In this document: in pieces, positions 58,101-64,000 of the stretch
Layout of the letters: each line of letters starts with the position of its first letter
How positions within the stretch are numbered: the first letter of the stretch is position 1
DNA from: Histomonas meleagridis 2922-C6/04-290x
Lineage: Eukaryota; Protista; Parabasalia
NCBI GenBank assembly: GCA_020184695.1
Contig: JAANOX010000134.1
Location: 1 to 64,000 of the forward strand
Direction of reading: 5' to 3'
DNA: 64,000 nucleotides
Translations under genes and position numbers: made by a program
The notes under the pieces: generated by a model
Told to the model about the DNA's origin: nothing
The model's input: only the letters and a program-made list of their open reading frames with translations
Databases searched by the model: none

Positions 58101-59046
58101 TTATACGCATAAAGTTATTCCAATAACAAATACAAAAGTTATTAAGAAATCATCAAAATGGCTTGAAACTCGAGCAGGTCCTTATTATAATGGTAAAGCT
58201 TTCATAGGTAAACCAGGAGAAGAAATTATATATCAAATTCCAATAGGTCAACGTGCATTTGGAATTCTTGGGGATTATTATAAAGGAATTGGTTATGCAG
58301 ATGTTTATTTAGATGATGTTAAAATTGGAGAAATTCATGATTCAATAATTCCAACAATAGATAATAGGAAACTTAAATATGCTTCAAGAGCTTTTCGCTC
58401 AGTATTGTTTTATCATTTAATTGATTCTAAAACTTCTCATCAAGTTAAAATTTATGTAACTGATGGAAGTATTACAATTTCAGGTTTCCTTAAAGACGAA
58501 GTTGTTATTGATTATTTTACAGATCCAAATCGTAATTATACTTATACGCTTGGCGATATTCACAAGAAAGTTCAATTTGTTGATGAAGACCCTGATCCAA
58601 ATTATAAATATAATTATGATCATAAGACTTATTCCGTTTATATTAAATTTAAATATAATTATAATGAAACTAAGTTTTATTATTCATATATTAATGATAC
58701 AAATAAAATTGTTGAATTTGATCAAAATTCAAATAAATTCGTAGAAGATTTCCCAATTGATTTATATTTATATGTTAAAGATAAAAATTCAGAAATTCAT
58801 TATTTGGATCATATTTTCACTGGAATGGAAGTAAAGAATATAAATTATCAAATAAATTATGTACCAGCATTTAAAATATCTAATACAAATAAAGAAGTAG
58901 ATGCTAATGAAAAAGATAATTTTTTAGGAAGTGGTGCTATTATTGGAATTGTAATTGGTGCAATAACTGTTATTGCAGTAACTGTTGTTGCTATTAGAAT
59001 AATACTCAAACAAACGAAAGATAATACTAGTGGAATCTCACTATAA
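55159..59046 (+). CDS. M60-like (PF13402) surface zinc metallopeptidase with carbohydrate-binding-like modules and TM anchor
   Basis: VHEMNH (HEXXH) followed by WLEVTNN, signal peptide MLIQLLLTF, C-terminal TM GAIIGIVIGAITVIAVTVVAI. Confidence 0.85.
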   Translation: MLIQLLLTFIKAENFGRSVYGSPGIDDVNLQFHDGFEILEHNLKIPTRKHIKEANFTSIIIKDDDYPWPDHPYRNTCTWDLLATETYNVKKKYISLNVKQEELYWHPVAAKQYYTTQEEIDKMERVKVRYILAPKRKRHTTPFFLPPGEVITIEISEAAVSKNIRIDFNQNTETIWKGSNGEGVSKTRLNEILFEKMRLTKSKCTMGSPYGGSIYFHISSNDPVEINITGVIINPFFVYGVHSDTEWNNSLSLFKGPIFVFYTGNIEIVGYKTLINSPIQRINDCGEWLRSAYQIGQTTAHDSYSDNSKFWHIINPPQLTSETFIPAGSAVAIVAKNNCFFPIGTINSFVRHSSLMYHPWMIVHEMNHLRQDSWGKALSNNGWLEVTNNVINLIIYAQINEGSKTRTIDGASDWLAYANSFSVLNNNKVNKLRLYSIMLHYFGIEKMKQFIDDDQYDRYYPRNIYGTAGAEMLRASKVFGRNMKYHYNWEGIDDNALTKKAIEEIEKMKLPEFHPVTTAYGSGFLSSDTQGFITQRPFYLPNINRTIDFITTMYSISHDNFGKFEYIDAKFESTRDKFWIKQDKGKYIRLPFTNIIDVEEVIVSYKDIITNEITRCICQFKEYVPNAYAYRYYNIATNLNVKSAYQTTVGKVPDDIIPISSTDANLAKRSDGTVDVIRFRIRPPKNETYRFVLKAQGASQLYISKNDLYYDPSKDFVWKTESANYWGNSRKSDPIDLKTNEVYNIAFVMYTTNAATRGWLSYYEGNINDIRVMEEYWFVKEDIPDKDKFYSQFIPKKEKIYGMDLYDDVSFLFNDQSKWKVIKYPQTGSVFKDVTTSSQGNQIVDPTIDIIKSVLTDNDPATEYRTDYWKNSIPDFPHIYEIDLGDLNEFDSIYLAVSQNTNYFDVYGYLEISISNSEEKLKLDSSIVWKGYYQSSNPTISLGKVNKGKYLKLKFYNNTKTWKDGRKGRTSISELKVGYQFYTHKVIPITNTKVIKKSSKWLETRAGPYYNGKAFIGKPGEEIIYQIPIGQRAFGILGDYYKGIGYADVYLDDVKIGEIHDSIIPTIDNRKLKYASRAFRSVLFYHLIDSKTSHQVKIYVTDGSITISGFLKDEVVIDYFTDPNRNYTYTLGDIHKKVQFVDEDPDPNYKYNYDHKTYSVYIKFKYNYNETKFYYSYINDTNKIVEFDQNSNKFVEDFPIDLYLYVKDKNSEIHYLDHIFTGMEVKNINYQINYVPAFKISNTNKEVDANEKDNFLGSGAIIGIVIGAITVIAVTVVAIRIILKQTKDNTSGISL

Positions 59047-59411
59047 ATGAAACCTAAACTTTTGCATATTTATATGATGCGATTTATCATTTTTGTTAAA
59101 TATTTTATTTGACATACATTCATGTTTTTTCTTTCTTAAGTATGTATGCATATATTTATTGACTTATAGTTTTGGTTTTCTCAACAAATATGTATCCATC
59201 TCTTGATGCATCAAAATTCAAAATTTAAAAAAAAAAAAAAAATATCAAATTTAATCTTTCTTCAGTTTGGCTCTAAATAATAGCTTGTTAAATTTTGTAT
59301 TCAAGAAATAAAAGACGAGCTTCGAAAGGCATAAAATCAATCATTTGGTTACATGTGAATATGCTATCGTTCTATCATATTTCGGTGTCACTTTTTGTTC
59401 GTTATTCCAAA

Positions 59412-62057
59412 ATGTTTGAGCTTGAAGGGGAGAGAATCCAAAAGATGAGGCAACAACAAGCCAAACAATATGCAATGGACTTGCAACAACAAATTGATGA
59501 AAGAAATCAAAAATTAAAAACACCACCAATGTATTCCACAACAAATTCAGATTCATATTCTTTTAAAAATCAACCCACTCAAAATTCAATTCAAAAAAGT
59601 AGACCTCAAATTATTTCTCCACAAACTTCATCGAGATCTTCATCTTCTACTTCGAAATATGTAACTCAAAAAAAATCTAATTTAAATCCCACAATAATTC
59701 CATCAATAAAATTTCAAACTCCAACCACACAATTTGTTCCTACACCAATTCTTCCAAGAAAACAAGTTAGATATTCTGGAAATAATGTCAACTCATTTCC
59801 AGAAAGAATTCGTTCAATTGAAACAGAAGTTCATCAACAAAATTCACTTTTATCTCAAACATCTGAATCAGCTTCCAGAATTAATCAAGATTTAATTCCA
59901 TCTATTTATCAATCAATTGAATATTTAGAACAAAACATCAATGACATTCAAAATTCAAAAATTATTTCTGCAACACGACCTATTGTAAGTGAAATTTCTC
60001 ATCAAAAAAATAACATTGAATCACTTATTAAAGATTCGTTAAATGGATTTAATCAAATTAAAGATCCTATCCAACAACTTAACTCTCACTTATCAAATTT
60101 TTCATCACATTTTTCTACTACATCAGACTCTCTTAAATCCGATTTACTTGAATTAAAAGCAAGTAATAATCGAAATGTTGATCAATCAAATAACTCACTC
60201 GTAAAAATAAGTCAACTTGAAGCACGTGAATCCAGTTCTAATTCTTCTATCCTTAAATCCAATCGTGAATTTGAAGAAATTGATAATCAAATATCAGAAC
60301 TTTTCCGAAAATTAAAGCGCAACTCATCATCTCTAATGTTATCTGTTACACAACACCTTAGCCAAGAAGTCCAAAACGAAGTTAACACACGCATTTCCAT
60401 GGTGAATTCACTCCATTCCCAAACCGAAGAAGTTAACCGTCAGACCTCACAATATTTCAGTCAGTTCAGTTCACTTGCAAATTCTCTTCAGTCAAATTTC
60501 AAAGAGTCCACACAATCCCTTTCAAATTCCATATCGGGCGCACTTGATGCGACCCAAAACGAAAACAATGAAATGATCTCTAAAATTGATCTTAGTATTG
60601 ATAATCTTATTAATGATTCAGAAGCTAACTTTAAATCTTTACAAACTGAAATCATATCAACGATTCAAGTAATTCGAGATAATTCGAAACAATCAATCGA
60701 AGAACTAAACAATGCAATTAATTCTGAATCAAAGACACGTGAAACACATTCGAAAGAAATCATCAAAAAATTTGATCATTTTCAAGATGTTATAAATGAA
60801 GAAATTGAAGTTCAAAACAATGCGATAAATGAATTTGTGAATAATACACAAAATGAATGTGAGCAAATTATTAAAGAACAATTTTCACCAATAAAAACAG
60901 AGATGACATTTATTCATAGTCAATCAAACTTATTACAAACACTTGAAATGAAAATCAATGAAATCGAATCGATGTCAAATTCCGGCGCACAACAAATGAG
61001 AGAAAGTTTGGAGACACTTTCGAACAATTTTGATGATTTAAATACGAAATTTAATGACTTAAAAGAAAACATTAATAAAAAATATAATAAAATCGATAAA
61101 ATGATCGAAAAAATCGATTCTTATTTACCTAAAACAGAAAGAATTGATTACGAAGAAATGATCGAACTGTCGAATAGAATTGTAATGGATTTCGATGTAA
61201 GAATTCAGGAAATGGAAAAACAAATCGGAGAATCAGTCGCAAACATTACAAAACTTTCAATAAGTTCCGGAAGAGATAACGAAAATGAAAAATATAAAGG
61301 AGTCGCATCGGAACTGAGGAAACTTGTCGAAGAGACAGAGCTGTTTCCATACGATTTCATAGACGCAGAAGATGAAAAAAAAGAGAAAATATATCAAAGT
61401 AATGAAAATCAAAGCGAAAGTGCAAATAGTAATGAGACAAATGAAGAAAACGGAAATGAAGAAAATGATAAAAATGTTGAAATGAATGAAGAAAGTAATA
61501 ATGAAAATGAAGAAAATAGCAATGAAGTAAATGAAGAAGAAAATGATAAAAATGATGAAACGAATGAAGAAAGTAATGATGAAAATGAAGAAAAAGATAA
61601 TGAAAATGAAGAAAAACAAAAACATGGCGAAAATAATGAAGAAAAAGATAAAAATTATGAAACGAATGAAGAAAGTAATGATGAAAATGTAAACAATAAT
61701 GAAATAAATGGTGAAAATGAAAAAGAAGAAAAAGATAAAAACGACGAAGTAAATGAAGAAAGCAAAAATGAAAACGAAAATGAAACAAATGAAAACGAAG
61801 AAAGAGAAAACAACGAAATGCAAAACGAAAACAAAAGCGAAAATGAAACAAATGAAGAAAAACCCAATGAAAACAGTGGAAACAGCGATGAAATAAATGA
61901 AAACGAAGAAAGAGAAAACAAAAGCAATGATGAAAATGAAGCAAATGATGAAAGAGAAAGCGAAATAGATGATAAAACAAATGAAGGTGAAAATGACGGA
62001 AGAGAAGACAATGAGCAAAACCAAAATGACACAAATGCGGAAGACAAAGCAAAATGA
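59412..62057 (+). CDS. Coiled-coil protein with a very acidic N/E-rich low-complexity tail
   Basis: Likely start MFELEGER; central heptad-rich region; (N/E)n repeats from about 61400 to 62050. Confidence 0.8.
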   Translation: MFELEGERIQKMRQQQAKQYAMDLQQQIDERNQKLKTPPMYSTTNSDSYSFKNQPTQNSIQKSRPQIISPQTSSRSSSSTSKYVTQKKSNLNPTIIPSIKFQTPTTQFVPTPILPRKQVRYSGNNVNSFPERIRSIETEVHQQNSLLSQTSESASRINQDLIPSIYQSIEYLEQNINDIQNSKIISATRPIVSEISHQKNNIESLIKDSLNGFNQIKDPIQQLNSHLSNFSSHFSTTSDSLKSDLLELKASNNRNVDQSNNSLVKISQLEARESSSNSSILKSNREFEEIDNQISELFRKLKRNSSSLMLSVTQHLSQEVQNEVNTRISMVNSLHSQTEEVNRQTSQYFSQFSSLANSLQSNFKESTQSLSNSISGALDATQNENNEMISKIDLSIDNLINDSEANFKSLQTEIISTIQVIRDNSKQSIEELNNAINSESKTRETHSKEIIKKFDHFQDVINEEIEVQNNAINEFVNNTQNECEQIIKEQFSPIKTEMTFIHSQSNLLQTLEMKINEIESMSNSGAQQMRESLETLSNNFDDLNTKFNDLKENINKKYNKIDKMIEKIDSYLPKTERIDYEEMIELSNRIVMDFDVRIQEMEKQIGESVANITKLSISSGRDNENEKYKGVASELRKLVEETELFPYDFIDAEDEKKEKIYQSNENQSESANSNETNEENGNEENDKNVEMNEESNNENEENSNEVNEEENDKNDETNEESNDENEEKDNENEEKQKHGENNEEKDKNYETNEESNDENVNNNEINGENEKEEKDKNDEVNEESKNENENETNENEERENNEMQNENKSENETNEEKPNENSGNSDEINENEERENKSNDENEANDERESEIDDKTNEGENDGREDNEQNQNDTNAEDKAK

Positions 62058-62234
62058 AAAAGAAGACAATGAAGAAAGATAAAACACAAATCAAGAAAAA
62101 GATGAAGCTAAGCAAGAACAACCGAATGATAGTTAACGAATTCGATTCAACACGGAACATTTTGAATTATTTGTATAAATAAAAATTTTTGTTTGTATGA
62201 AATATGAAAATGCGATTTCGAACAAACATTTGTT

Positions 62235-62591
62235 TTATTCATTCATAGGCGGAACATTTTGAACGCCCATTGCAACCACTTCTTCGAGCTCTTTCTTTAC
62301 GTTACGCCTTGTGTAGAAATAAAATGCCAATATTAACAAATTTGCAACTAAAAAAGAACAGCCTAAATATATGACACTTGTCGTCATATCTTTGCTAGTA
62401 CTAACAGCAGCTAGCGGAGTGAACTGTCCTGAGTTTAGATGAACATCTTGCCGAATGAAATTTTGAAATTCATTTTTTGATAATTGTGGTCGATTTAAAT
62501 TAACCCCTGATGCAGAAATGGTACTAATTTGAAATAGCAGTGTGGAAAATGTGGAAACTCCAAACGAATTCGAAAGAGATAGATTTAGCAT
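62235..62591 (-). CDS. Small single-pass membrane protein or gene fragment
   Basis: One TM segment (VIYLGCSFLVANLLILAFYFY) followed by RRNVKKE. Confidence 0.45.
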   Translation of the reverse strand: MLNLSLSNSFGVSTFSTLLFQISTISASGVNLNRPQLSKNEFQNFIRQDVHLNSGQFTPLAAVSTSKDMTTSVIYLGCSFLVANLLILAFYFYTRRNVKKELEEVVAMGVQNVPPMNE

Positions 62592-63751
62592 TCCTGTATT
62601 TTTTTCATATGATATTTCACAACGAAAAGTGTCAAAAATGGAAATGTTGTGTTATTGGTTTGCAGAAGTTATAAAACATCGAATTATTAAAACAAATAAT
62701 TAATAAAAGTATTATATGTATTAATATTTAATCATTTTTAAATTAGTTTTAAATAGATTTCATTTTGTTGATCAATCACAATATATAACAAAAAAATTGT
62801 AAATATTAACAGCAATATTAAATATAAAATGTTTACCTGTAAAAACACTTAAAATAATTTTCATAAATGAATTATAAGCATCAAAAGTTATAATAGATAA
62901 TCTATCATGTAAACTTTTTAAAATTGAAATGAAAATCGTTTTTTTTTAAATGTGAATTAATCGTATTTCAGGGGGGTCGAAATGGAAGAGATAAACAAAT
63001 TGTGCAAATCGGCCTTTATGAAATAGAGGAGCAAAAAGACAAAACGCTCATTAACAACGACCGTTAGAGGCCATTCGAAGTGACTGATCATCTTTTTCCT
63101 ATGCTCTTCGGCTTTCTCTAAAGTCTTTCTGGCTCTTTGCTTTTGGCCCTTGCCTCCACAGCATCGTATTACAAAGACTAGCAACCTTTTGAAAAATTTA
63201 TTTCAACTTTCTTACTTTTTTCAACTTTAATGATTACCACCTTAATAACCCACGCGTTTACTACTATTTGTGCTTTTAATTTCTTCCGCACAATTAACTC
63301 TACACAGAAACAACTCAACAAATTCTTATTTTTATCAACATGTAAAAGCAAACCAAATAATATCTCAATATATGAGAGAAGATCTTGCGCTCTTTCTTCT
63401 TTCTTGTATGATACTATTGATAATTTTGTTCTTTATCTCTCAGGCATATTCAATCTTCTTTTTTCATCTTCTATAAGTTCTTTTCGTAACCTAAAACCAA
63501 TGAAAGCTCATGAGCTTCATACAGGAATCAGTTGTTTTAAAATATTTTCGTCAATTCGTGTATTATCATTTTCTGATTATTATAAACAAAAAGACTCATT
63601 TTGTTGTTTCTATTTATCTTCGTGGCTCTGTTGTCTCTTCTTTTTCATTTCCAATCGATATCTTACAGTAATTTTTTCTGTTTTCAAAAGATATTTTTTA
63701 AACATAAAATTTGACTTTAAAAAAGTTTTAAAGCAAAAAAATTCCAAAACA

Positions 63752-64000
63752 GTTCTGTTTCCATTTCTTTTTCTTTTGTTTTTCACCAACACATTCCAAA
63801 TTTATTTCAGTGGAAACAATACACTTATAATATACAACGAAAGCGATTTTGCAAATGAAAATTCTAGTTCAATTATTTGTGTTATCATATATGCAAATTT
63901 GCCAATTAGTTCTGGAGAATTCAGTGAATGGCCAAAACTGCAGTATGTTTACATCGGAAATTTAGTTACATCAATTGGAGGTTCTGCTTTTAGTGGTTGC
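63752..64000 (+). other. Start of a BspA-like LRR reading frame, runs off the window, no ATG seen
   Basis: Open frame VLFPFLFFCFFTNTFQ...PKLQYVYIGNLVTSIGGSAFSGC, a TpLRR unit after a signal-peptide-like stretch. Confidence 0.6.

Noticed and set aside
61257-62160. F/I/H-rich minus-strand ORFs (also 2563..3471)
   Set aside because: Antisense shadows of low-complexity coding repeats on the other strand.
1-64000. Stop-codon reassignment explaining the broken ankyrin frames
   Set aside because: Conserved genes end normally in TAA, TGA or TAG with no internal stops, and the spacers also shift the frame.

Overview
AT-rich eukaryotic DNA, most likely from a parabasalid (Trichomonas/Tritrichomonas-like). 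This is inferred from BspA-LRR, DUF3447-ankyrin, M60-like peptidase, saposin and Myb genes, a hydrogenosomal-type presequence, and a parabasalid-style GT-AG intron. Housekeeping genes include UFD2-like, BRR2, PMM, TM9SF, RPL23A, DLD, LPCAT, EXO1 and a PQ-loop transporter. They are mixed with surface-protein families and decayed DNA transposons (pogo-like, Tc1 derivative, Tc1-type MITE, Helitron, P-like). The most striking feature is three DUF3447-ankyrin genes whose 34-aa repeats are interrupted at the same beta-hairpin position. The interrupting spacer has a fixed length (80 nt between the D and T codons where 12 nt are expected), is AT-rich, lacks GT-AG ends and often carries stops. Inside it, a fixed 9-nt block (xxx-TTT-GGN) would restore the D-x-F-G-x-T-A-L ankyrin consensus if 51 nt and 17 nt were removed. 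How, or whether, the spacers are removed cannot be determined from DNA alone.
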